The position numbers were made by a program, and so were the translations under genes. The notes beneath the pieces are model-generated. The model made no database searches and was not told the origin of the DNA. It saw only the letters and a list, made by a program, of their open reading frames with translations. Positions 9,342-17,821 of a DNA stretch of 28,083 bases are shown piece by piece. How positions within the stretch are numbered: the first letter of the stretch is position 1; each line of letters starts with the position of its first letter. The stretch is from Promethearchaeota archaeon. GTDB lineage: Archaea; Asgardarchaeota; Lokiarchaeia; Sigyniarchaeales; SOKP01. Location of the stretch: contig SDNY01000043.1 of assembly GCA_004524535.1 (NCBI GenBank), positions 1-28,083 of the forward strand, in the 5' to 3' direction.

Positions 9342-9872
9342 ATGACGACCAGACTTTTGTTTAAGATAATCGTAGTTGGCGATGGAGGAGTCGGTAAATC
9401 AACGATGATCCAAAGATTAACGACAGGGCAATTTATCCCAATGAAAATTACGATTGGAACCGACTTGGTCACTCATGATGTAAAAATAAGTGATACTGAG
9501 CTGGCAAAATTACAAATCTGGGATTTTGGGGGCGAGAAACGATTTCGATTCTTTTTACCGAATTATTGTCGAGGAGCTGTTGGATGTTTATTATGTTATG
9601 ATATTACACGCTTTAGAAGCTTAGAAAATTTGGATGAATGGATTAATATTGTAAAAGAAAACACGGTAGATCCGGTTATTATTTTAGTTGGACAAAAACA
9701 AGATTTAGCAGATGAAAAGAGAGTTGTAAGAGTTTCTGATGCAGAAGAATTTCAACAAAAATATGGTCTTCCCTATTTTTATGAAACTTCTTCTAAATCT
9801 GGATACAATAACGAATTGATTTTTAGAATACTAACTAAAGCAATTATAGTAAAACAAAAGAAACACTTATAG
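9342..9872 (+). CDS. Rab/Ras-superfamily small GTPase (Asgard Rab-like)
   Basis: G1 GDGGVGKS, G2 TIGTD, G3 KLQIWDFGGE, Rab-like RFRFFLPNYCRGA and YDITR, G4 QKQD, G5 ETSSK. No C-terminal cysteine motif. Confidence 0.93.
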   Translation: MTTRLLFKIIVVGDGGVGKSTMIQRLTTGQFIPMKITIGTDLVTHDVKISDTELAKLQIWDFGGEKRFRFFLPNYCRGAVGCLLCYDITRFRSLENLDEWINIVKENTVDPVIILVGQKQDLADEKRVVRVSDAEEFQQKYGLPYFYETSSKSGYNNELIFRILTKAIIVKQKKHL

Positions 9873-9938
9873 AGTTCTTAGTTTTTTCAAAAAAAATAAA
9901 ATAAGAATAAGAAAAAAAATATAAGAAAAAAGAATTAT

Positions 9939-10877
9939 TTAATCCTCAAGTAGCTCTTTAATTTCCTCTGCATTTAATTTTAAATATTTAGCAGTAATTA
10001 AATCCTTACCCAAGAGATTTTTGAAATTCTTTTTACGCTTTTTATTAATAAATTTTTTCATCTCACTTAAGTCAGGGTTCTTATTAGTGATATCTATTAA
10101 TCCCATCTCTACTGCTGCATCAACTACTTTCTGCCCGACATCCGTCCTTATTATTAATAATGCTTCTCCATCTGGAGCGCCCCACGGTGAGTGTGAAATG
10201 TCAGAAAACTCACCTGAGAAGTCAGTACAATATCTACATCCTGTCATTCCACCTGAAGAGCAAGCATTAGCAATTCTGAGAGAAGTGCGCTCTATTCCTG
10301 TGTTAAAATCAGAAACCATAATTTTTGCGACACCGCGAATATGACAAGGGTTACCAAGAATTCCTATATCCCTCTTTTTATCTAAATATGCTTCACCAAG
10401 TCCTGTTACTAAAGGTCCGGCACTCTCAAGAGTAAGTTTAGGTATGTATTGTTTAGCATCTTTTGCATTATTGACAACAATAGGGAGCGCAAGAGGAGGT
10501 TTTTTTTGTTTTGGTTCTCCTAAGACCATATGCTTAACGATCCCTTTTTCAAAAGCGGCTACGATAAGATTATATAAGATTTCATCACTGTTTTTTGATT
10601 TAACTTGAATTATATCCTTATAAACGCCAACAGCTAAATCAACTCTGTTCGAACCGAAAAGAGACTTTTCGATCTCGCTCACTGGAAAGTATGTACGAGG
10701 ACAAGAATTATAGCATAATCCTATTGTCTCTGAACAATTATCTACGACATATGCCTCTCCAGTTTTTAGATTGAAATCCATATGCGGGCAAAAAGAATTA
10801 CAGCTTCCGCAGTGAATACAATAGCCTTGAAATATTACTTCTGCTTCAAGATCTTGGCTTGATTTTTCTATTTTCAT
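9939..10877 (-). CDS. FrhB/FdhB-family (F420 hydrogenase/dehydrogenase beta-like) Fe-S protein with N-terminal ferredoxin domain, internally shortened
   Basis: CIHCGSCNSFCP and CSETIGLCYNSCPR ferredoxin motifs, GNPCHIRG, GCRYCTDFSGEFSDIS and IIRTDVG, all FrhB-family motifs. Confidence 0.85.
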   Translation of the reverse strand: MKIEKSSQDLEAEVIFQGYCIHCGSCNSFCPHMDFNLKTGEAYVVDNCSETIGLCYNSCPRTYFPVSEIEKSLFGSNRVDLAVGVYKDIIQVKSKNSDEILYNLIVAAFEKGIVKHMVLGEPKQKKPPLALPIVVNNAKDAKQYIPKLTLESAGPLVTGLGEAYLDKKRDIGILGNPCHIRGVAKIMVSDFNTGIERTSLRIANACSSGGMTGCRYCTDFSGEFSDISHSPWGAPDGEALLIIRTDVGQKVVDAAVEMGLIDITNKNPDLSEMKKFINKKRKKNFKNLLGKDLITAKYLKLNAEEIKELLED

Positions 10878-10944
10878 GATTTTTCTTCTAAAAGATGTTT
10901 TTTTTAAACTTAAATTTCAAAATTTTTGATTGCAAATAAAATTT

Positions 10945-10962
10945 AGTGTGAAATTTCACACT
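10945..10962. promoter_or_regulatory. perfect 18-bp palindrome, putative operator
   Basis: AGTGTGAAATTTCACACT equals its own reverse complement. It lies 68-85 nt upstream of the frhB-like ATG and about 25 nt downstream of a TATA-like element. Confidence 0.7.
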
Positions 10963-10986
10963 TATTAAAACTTAAACATATTATAA

Positions 10987-10996
10987 TTTATAAAAA
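10987..10996 (-). promoter_or_regulatory. TATA box of the frhB-like gene
   Basis: Minus-strand TTTTTATAAA; the usual archaeal spacing would put the start site near 10962. Confidence 0.5.
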
Positions 10997-11045
10997 GTAG
11001 TAAGCCACAATTCAACTAATCTATTGTTTTTTTTAACTTATTATG

Positions 11046-11327
11046 TTATTTTAAAAATCGACTACAAGTATCATCCATTTTTTTTATGATATGTTCTCGA
11101 TCTTTCCAAATTATCCATGTGGATCCTGATTTTTCAAAATTATATCCAGAATATTCTTCTTTTTTCAATCGTTTTAATGTTTTTTTAACGAAACTCCAAG
11201 AAAAACCAGTTTTATCAACAATTTCTGTTATAGTAATGGGGTGATTCGTTTCGAGTTCATTATTAATAAAATCTAAAATCTTTTCAAATCCAGTTTTTGG
11301 TGGTGAATCAATATTTTCAGATGACAA
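11046..11327 (-). CDS. small winged helix-turn-helix protein
   Basis: 93 aa. HTH ITITEIVDKTGFSWSFVKKTLKRL followed by a wing hairpin FEKSGSTWIIW. TTG start. Confidence 0.8.
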   Translation of the reverse strand: MSSENIDSPPKTGFEKILDFINNELETNHPITITEIVDKTGFSWSFVKKTLKRLKKEEYSGYNFEKSGSTWIIWKDREHIIKKMDDTCSRFLK

Positions 11328-11368
11328 TTTTAGTTCAACAATTATTATTTATGTTTTATTTAAAATAA

Positions 11369-12559
11369 TTATTTCCTCATTTTAAGAAATTTCCCTGATT
11401 TCATTAATTCACATGGGTTAAAGTATTCTTTACCCGACTTCTTTACGAAATCCTCTAATAATTTTGACCATTTTTCATAATTCCTTTTACCAGCACCAAA
11501 AGGTCCAGGCATACTCATTCCGGCTAACATTGTATCGTCAATGACCTTATATCCAGAAACGACACCTTCCTCCAGAAGTCTACAACCTTCATTTAATTGA
11601 ATTGCCATGAATAGTTCGAAATTAATGAGATTTGCTTTTTCTGCTTTATTTATGATGGGTTTACCATCTTCTGTCCATTCATAGAAGCCTCTTCCAGTTT
11701 TTCTTCCTAAATTACCCTCATTAACTAGGTTAGTAATAGCTTTACTGGGAGCAAAATCTGGAGAGAGAACTTCTACAAAATAGTTTAATGTATTATAGAT
11801 TGTATCTAACCCTAAATAATCTAATCTTGCACATGGACCTAATTCTTGTAGATCTTGAACATCAGCATCAAGACTTTCCCATGGAATTCCTTTTTTCATC
11901 GCTTCATCAAAGAGCCAGTTAAAATACGCACTGCTAGCTATAGTTAATCTATTTACAATAAAACCCGGGCTCTCTTTTTCAATTCGAGCAATAAATCTTT
12001 TTCCCTTAAGACATGGAAGTTTCTGGCCTACTGAAATAGTAATTTCCATAGTTTCTTCGGAAGTTTTCTCTCCTTTAATAACTTCAATTAATCGTAAAAC
12101 TGGAATAGGGATAAAATAATGCATACCAACCACTTTATCTGGTCTATTACAACCCTCAGCAATTTTAGAAATGCTCATAGTAGAAGTATTTGTTGCTAAA
12201 ACCGCATGTTCAGGAGCAAACTCCCCTAACTTTTTAAATAATTTCTGTTTAAGATCCATTTTTTCTGGTATTGCTTCAACAATAAAATCTGCCTTTTCTA
12301 CAGCCTTAATTAAATCTAATTCTTTCATGAGTTTATTCATGAGCAAATCAGTGGTAAAACCCTGACTTAACTTACCTTTTCCTTCGATCTTTTTTAAGCC
12401 GTTTTCAATGTAAATAGTTGCATCTTCAAGTGCCTTTTGCCTAATGTCGTTTAATATAACTTTTTCAAAACCCGCCATCAGAGAAACTTGAGCGATTTCA
12501 CGCCCCATGATTCCCGCACCGATAACGGCAAATGTCTTAATATTACTAATATCGACCAT
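11369..12559 (-). CDS. 3-hydroxyacyl-CoA dehydrogenase with a duplicated C-terminal domain
   Basis: VIGAGIMG Rossmann motif, VEAIPE, ATNTST, GMHYF catalytic His, PGFIVNR, LGRKTGRGFY, then a second 3HCDH-like domain (NEGCRLLEEGV...GP). No enoyl-CoA hydratase domain. Confidence 0.93.
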   Translation of the reverse strand: MVDISNIKTFAVIGAGIMGREIAQVSLMAGFEKVILNDIRQKALEDATIYIENGLKKIEGKGKLSQGFTTDLLMNKLMKELDLIKAVEKADFIVEAIPEKMDLKQKLFKKLGEFAPEHAVLATNTSTMSISKIAEGCNRPDKVVGMHYFIPIPVLRLIEVIKGEKTSEETMEITISVGQKLPCLKGKRFIARIEKESPGFIVNRLTIASSAYFNWLFDEAMKKGIPWESLDADVQDLQELGPCARLDYLGLDTIYNTLNYFVEVLSPDFAPSKAITNLVNEGNLGRKTGRGFYEWTEDGKPIINKAEKANLINFELFMAIQLNEGCRLLEEGVVSGYKVIDDTMLAGMSMPGPFGAGKRNYEKWSKLLEDFVKKSGKEYFNPCELMKSGKFLKMRK

Positions 12560-12596
12560 TTTTAATCACTAAATTAATATCAATAAATTTATACAT

Positions 12597-13667
12597 TTAG
12601 AGAATAGAAACAATATACCACGTAAGGAGCATTGTACCTATTCCTAGAAAAATAGATATTGGTAGTCCTGGTAAGATTTTATTTTTTTTTAATCCTTGAA
12701 TTGTAATTCCAGTTCCGATCATTATAGCAATGGCAGTTAAAATCATTACTATTAAACTGCCAGTTATTATTAATGCAGCTGAAGTTAACATGCTATAAAA
12801 TGCTAAGTCACCAATTCCAATTTCTAATTTTGAAGTATCATATATAGCCTCACCACTTTCTATTTTCTTTGATAATTCCTCTTCTGATAATTCTTCCTCA
12901 GTATTATTTTGGGAAGCAATATCGATCATTTGTTTTATTGGCCCGCTTTTAGCTTTTACAGCAAAAATGTCCCATATCGAGAATCCAATTAGTATAGCTA
13001 AAGTGGTCCAAAGTGGCATCATGACTCCAAACATAGCTCCTACTAAAAAACTTACGTATAAAACAAAGAAATTTTTAGTTAAATAAGATTTAGTAGTAAA
13101 ATACTTATAAAGCATAATAATTATAAAAGCTCCAGAACCGAATAAAATAATATAACTAACAATGATATAATATATAAAAACGATTTCAGTATTCGGCAAA
13201 TTATAAAAAATTAGATATGTTATAACTTCGGCAAAAAAATAAGTTAAAATGAATCCAAGAAATCCAAATGAAAAACCAAAAACAAATTTTAGAACCCCTA
13301 TTCCGAACTTTTTGACTAAGAAAATTATAATGAAAGAAGATAATGCGGCAACCAAAACAAAAATTAATCCGTTTATTAAGCCAGCAGTTAACCCATATTC
13401 TTCTTCAGAAATATAGCCACCTTCTACTTGGACACCCGCTAATACGTAAGTAGCATAAGCTAAAAATCCCGCACATATAATAGCTATAATAATAGGAATT
13501 GGATATAAATTGCGAGAAATCCTAAAAGTTGGAAAAAAATGAGGAATAAAATCCTTTTCGATTATTTCACTTTCTGATTGTTTTTCAGTTAGAGTATTTT
13601 TTAATTTTTCTCGTTCAGCTTCTACTTCAATTGAATAATCATTTGTATCTTCTGGGTTATCTGACAT
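12597..13667 (-). CDS. presenilin-family (A22) intramembrane aspartyl protease
   Basis: About 9 TM; SIWDIFAV (YD-type Asp), IGIGDLAFYS (GxGD) and LPGLPISI (PAL-like). Confidence 0.92.
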   Translation of the reverse strand: MSDNPEDTNDYSIEVEAEREKLKNTLTEKQSESEIIEKDFIPHFFPTFRISRNLYPIPIIIAIICAGFLAYATYVLAGVQVEGGYISEEEYGLTAGLINGLIFVLVAALSSFIIIFLVKKFGIGVLKFVFGFSFGFLGFILTYFFAEVITYLIFYNLPNTEIVFIYYIIVSYIILFGSGAFIIIMLYKYFTTKSYLTKNFFVLYVSFLVGAMFGVMMPLWTTLAILIGFSIWDIFAVKAKSGPIKQMIDIASQNNTEEELSEEELSKKIESGEAIYDTSKLEIGIGDLAFYSMLTSAALIITGSLIVMILTAIAIMIGTGITIQGLKKNKILPGLPISIFLGIGTMLLTWYIVSIL

Positions 13668-13797
13668 AATGATAAAAAAGTTGGTTTAAATATTATATGA
13701 ATTAATTTATTATATCTTTAATGACTTAAAAAGTATGAAATATTGAACTAAAACTAATTAAAATTTAAGAAAAGAAATATATTAAGCTCTAAGAAAA

Positions 13798-15039
13798 TCA
13801 GAAATTCACTCTAGGTAGGTGTTTTACAAACTCTTTGACTAATTCTACTCGATGTTTTCTTTCTTTATTATAATATTTAAGCGGATACAACTCGTCAATT
13901 GTAAATTTATACAGTTTAATCCATGTTTCAGCAATCTTACTAACTCTATAATTTTCAGCGATTCTTTTTGCGTTTTTACCAAACTCTGCCCTAAGATCGT
14001 CGTCTTTAAACAATTTTATAACATAATCTGCGAACTCATCTAAATTATCCGCAAGATATCCAGTTTTTCCGTGTCTTATAACATCGCTAATACCATATCC
14101 GTTAGCACCTACGCTTGGGGTACCTTGTGCCATTGCCTCTATCAATACAAGTCCTTCTGCTTCAACCCAAGACCATAAACAGGTAAGATCGGCAGTGTTA
14201 AATAACTTTAATAAATCATTGAAGGGCACTTTTCCAGCACAGCTAACATAGTCTAATTTACTTGATAAACTCTCTACATATTCAGATGAGGGCCCATCAC
14301 TACCCACAAGCAATAAATGAGAATCTGGTACCTTTTTATTAATTTGCTTGAATTTTTTAATAACGCTTATCATATGTTTTTCGGGGGACTTTCGAGCGGC
14401 ATAAAGCATTAATTTCTTATCTTCTGAAATACCATACTTACCTCGGATTCCATTTTTCTTTAAATTTTGAAAGTAATGATCATGGATTCCATTTGTAAAA
14501 TAAACAATTGGTTCTTTGAATTTATTTTCTCTTAATTGTTGCTTTTTAGATTTAGTAGCAACATGTATTAAATCATATTTATTAAGTATATGGCGTTCAT
14601 AATTCCATAATAATGAAGATTTGGATATTAATTTACCAATTAAAGGAAAGTATTGTCCTGCGTAAAATTGAAGTGGTGAATTATGGGTTCCTATCATTGG
14701 GATTCCTAGATATTTGCACCAGTTTATAGCCATGCTCCCAATCGTAGTGTGTGTCATTATATGTCCTAAATCTAGATATTCGTGAGGACAAAAGAAAATT
14801 TTATGAATAGGGAAACTAATTACAAATTCGGAGCTACCACGGAGTCTTGCACCCCCAAGATCGTGAAAATGTAAATTCTTAGGCGTTTCATAACCATTGG
14901 TAATTTTTGGTGCAAAAACATGAATATTATGTCCAGTTTTAGCAAGTGCCTCAGATAAGAATCTACAGGCGTGAGCAGTACCATTTGTTTCTGAATACAT
15001 CATGCTGAAAATTCCTATATCGAGTACTTGCTTAGCCAT
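13798..15039 (-). CDS. glycosyltransferase family 4 (glycolipid synthase-like)
   Basis: NGTA...GHNIHVFAP N-terminus, R-x4-K motif RKSPEK, EAEGLVLIEAMAQG (EX7E). The ATG at 15039 (MAKQVL) is preferred over the TTG at 15075. Confidence 0.88.
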   Translation of the reverse strand: MAKQVLDIGIFSMMYSETNGTAHACRFLSEALAKTGHNIHVFAPKITNGYETPKNLHFHDLGGARLRGSSEFVISFPIHKIFFCPHEYLDLGHIMTHTTIGSMAINWCKYLGIPMIGTHNSPLQFYAGQYFPLIGKLISKSSLLWNYERHILNKYDLIHVATKSKKQQLRENKFKEPIVYFTNGIHDHYFQNLKKNGIRGKYGISEDKKLMLYAARKSPEKHMISVIKKFKQINKKVPDSHLLLVGSDGPSSEYVESLSSKLDYVSCAGKVPFNDLLKLFNTADLTCLWSWVEAEGLVLIEAMAQGTPSVGANGYGISDVIRHGKTGYLADNLDEFADYVIKLFKDDDLRAEFGKNAKRIAENYRVSKIAETWIKLYKFTIDELYPLKYYNKERKHRVELVKEFVKHLPRVNF

Positions 15040-15192
15040 AAAATATATCCCAAAATGATAGTAATATTTAATCAAATGAATGTCTTATTAATAAGATCTT
15101 CTTTTTATTAAATTTTATGAGGTTTTTTAATAATCAAAAAATTTTTTTGACTTCTTAAATTATGTAATTTACAAATCGAGAGTGTATGAAAT

Positions 15193-15366
15193 ATGGAAGA
15201 CGAAAAGAAAATAATTGAAGATATCATAAATCAAAGAAGATTACCTTATTCTATTCAGATTGTAAAGGTTGAAGGAGATAACTATACAATAACTAATAAT
15301 TTTGGGAGCACAATTGTATATAGAAAGAAAGGAGAGAATTATTTTTTAAAAGAAGAATTAAAATAA
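15193..15366 (+). CDS. small hypothetical protein (57 aa), absent from the ORF track
   Basis: ATG 15193 to TAA 15366: MEDEKKIIEDIINQRRLPYSIQIVKVEGDNYTITNNFGSTIVYRKKGENYFLKEELK. Purine-rich coding-like composition in an otherwise empty gap, followed by T-runs. Confidence 0.75.
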   Translation: MEDEKKIIEDIINQRRLPYSIQIVKVEGDNYTITNNFGSTIVYRKKGENYFLKEELK

Positions 15367-15553
15367 TTTTATTTTTGATTTATAAATAAAATTTATTCCT
15401 ATTAACTCTTTTATGGATTGAATTCAGAACTTTTATACAGATTTATGAGATTTATTTTAAATATTATATTAATAAAATAAATTAGATAAGAATTTAAGAC
15501 TAAAGTTTTTTAATTTAAATAAGTAAAATTATTTTTTTTTAAGATAAATAAAA

Positions 15554-16645
15554 ATGCGACGCCGTCGAGTAAGGTCAGATAATACAGATAGTAAAAAATA
15601 CGAAAAATTTCGATCTGTTGTTAATGATAATACTTCTCTATCAATATATAATAAAGGCGGAGAACGTTCATTTGTTGTTATTCGTAAAGACTTGGTAAAA
15701 GATTATGAGATTGAAGTACAACCTTCTGAAGCTCCAATTTTAAATAAAGTATTAACCGAACCAGAACCTTATGAAAGTTCCTGTGCTGATATTAAAATTT
15801 TAGAAGATGCCGTATTTCCCGTAAATGAGGCAATTAAAAATATATTTGGTGACACAAAGGATCTTAAATTGCATAGAATTAAATTGGCTATTGGTGGAAG
15901 TAATACAGATTATGTTACAGTAGAGGAACAAGATTTAAGAAAATTCGATGTAAAACCTACTCTTGATGGATTAATGGATTTTATTAAAGAAAATCGCGAG
16001 AGTATCTTAGGATTCTTGGATCGGGAATATATTAACGAAGAAGGCAATCTTATCTACCTAGATTGTATAAAAAAAAGTGTTTCAGATAATATTTTTTCAA
16101 TTAAGTTAAAGATTTTAGCTTCAATGCATCAAAGGGGCTTTTTCCTTCAACAGGAGCATAAATACTATGGACTTCAACTTTATATTATTATTGAATCAAG
16201 AAAAACTGATGACGATAGATTATTGGAATTTTTAAAAGAACTTGGAATCGATTGGGAATTAATATTTTTTAGAAGACGATTAGCTATCCATGATTGGACA
16301 GAAATTGAGTGTGAAAGAAATTCTGAAAATTTAAGGAGCTATTTACGCTCTAAGCATGAAACTTTAAATTATTTTGACGTAAATAATATTACTCGATTAG
16401 TGATTAAAAATCAATTACCTTTCATTGTAGCCGATAAAATGGCTTCCTTGTTATATCAAATGAAGGAAGAGCGAGCGGTTCAACTTCAAGAAGATGGATA
16501 TTCAGTAACGCTAAAAAAAGCTGAAATTGTGGCAGCGGCTAAACTTGCATGTGCTTATTTAGGAATTCAAGCGGAGATACAATATGATAGAGATATTTCT
16601 ATGGAGGATGTTTTGAAATACGAGGAAGAACTCTCTAATATGTAA
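15554..16645 (+). CDS. hypothetical protein, C-terminal half possibly a TFIIB/cyclin-like fold
   Basis: 363 aa ORF with normal composition. Weak by-eye resemblance of aa ~170-355 to the two TFB core repeats. Confidence refers to the CDS; the fold call is tentative. Confidence 0.8.
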   Translation: MRRRRVRSDNTDSKKYEKFRSVVNDNTSLSIYNKGGERSFVVIRKDLVKDYEIEVQPSEAPILNKVLTEPEPYESSCADIKILEDAVFPVNEAIKNIFGDTKDLKLHRIKLAIGGSNTDYVTVEEQDLRKFDVKPTLDGLMDFIKENRESILGFLDREYINEEGNLIYLDCIKKSVSDNIFSIKLKILASMHQRGFFLQQEHKYYGLQLYIIIESRKTDDDRLLEFLKELGIDWELIFFRRRLAIHDWTEIECERNSENLRSYLRSKHETLNYFDVNNITRLVIKNQLPFIVADKMASLLYQMKEERAVQLQEDGYSVTLKKAEIVAAAKLACAYLGIQAEIQYDRDISMEDVLKYEEELSNM

Positions 16646-16718
16646 ATACTCTTTTTCTAAAATACGGAAAGAATATATTAAAAAAAAAAAATCGGATTGT
16701 AGAAAAGAAAAATAATAT

Positions 16719-17705
16719 TTAACTTAATCCGTAAGATTGCTTTAATAATTCGTGATTTTTTTCTCCTACAGTTATAGAATTTCCAGTTTTTATATTTTTT
16801 ACCTTATATATTGCTGGAGCAAATAATCCCGGATCAATTTTATAAAAATCATAATTAGCTTCTTTAAAAATTTTATTGAATGGTTTTCCATAGCTAGATG
16901 ATTGATTAGCAGGGGCAGCTTTAATCAGTTCAAACAATTCTGCTTCTTTCTCTTTTTCTGCATTAATTGTATAAGAGGTTTCTCCAGCAAAAATAATGGA
17001 ATCGTTGGTAAGTCCCATTGCTGCGAAATCATCCTTAGCAATAGGAGCTACTGGGGCAGTTCCAAAACCATCCTGGATAACTTCTAATGGAAAATGCAGC
17101 TCATGTAATTTATGTATCCCTGTTTCAACTACTCTAGCAGAAACTTGAATAGATCCTGTTAAGCAAGCAGTGGGAGCACAGACAGCATATGTTTTACTAG
17201 GATCAACATTACATTTTTCTGTAACTATTGCCATTACTTCATCGTTTGGCATTTTTCTTGTTTCAAAGACAATAATTGCACAATCAGAATTGTCATTATA
17301 TTTAATTTCATCAAATAATTTTTCAACTTTCGCCTTTGCTCGAGCTGGTCCCGAACCTAATGATTGAAACACCACTTTCTTCTTTATTTTACCGTCCTTT
17401 TCTACTTCCTTTTTTAATTTTATGCTCCAACCAGCTAATTGAGAAGCCATACAGGAAATAATCGGTTCTGATGTATTTACTTTAACAGAATCGAGTTTAT
17501 GCCCATTTAAGTCGTAAGAGCTTAATTCCACAGATCCTAAACCCCCCATACAAATCTCAGCTACAATTTTTCCACCAATATTCGAAGCATTTGTACAATC
17601 TATAACTGTAGAACCATTGCTTAATTCAATTACTTCGATATTATAATTCAACTTGTTATCTATTAACTTCTTCACTAATTCTAAAGAAAGTTCATTTATC
17701 TTCAT
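16719..17705 (-). CDS. mch: methenyl-tetrahydromethanopterin cyclohydrolase
   Basis: EICMGGLG, CMASQLAGW, GSGPARA, APTACLTGSIQVSARVVETGIHK, AMGLTND, YGKPF and DFYKIDPGLFAPA. Confidence 0.96.
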   Translation of the reverse strand: MKINELSLELVKKLIDNKLNYNIEVIELSNGSTVIDCTNASNIGGKIVAEICMGGLGSVELSSYDLNGHKLDSVKVNTSEPIISCMASQLAGWSIKLKKEVEKDGKIKKKVVFQSLGSGPARAKAKVEKLFDEIKYNDNSDCAIIVFETRKMPNDEVMAIVTEKCNVDPSKTYAVCAPTACLTGSIQVSARVVETGIHKLHELHFPLEVIQDGFGTAPVAPIAKDDFAAMGLTNDSIIFAGETSYTINAEKEKEAELFELIKAAPANQSSSYGKPFNKIFKEANYDFYKIDPGLFAPAIYKVKNIKTGNSITVGEKNHELLKQSYGLS

Positions 17706-17821
17706 TTTAATTACCTAAATTATTTATTTTTATAACTCCATAAATAATTTTTGGATTATTAAATATATTTTTATATATATTGTTAAATTAGAAATTAAGG
17801 AATATTTTTAATTCTTTGAAA

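Noticed and set aside
9206-14043. Track ORFs 9206-9472, 10021-10344, 12171-12365 and 13852-14043
   Set aside because: Each overlaps a confidently identified gene on the opposite strand and has no motifs.
15134-15150. TCAAAAAA-T-TTTTTTGA inverted repeat between divergent genes
   Set aside because: Almost entirely A/T homopolymer, expected by chance in this composition.
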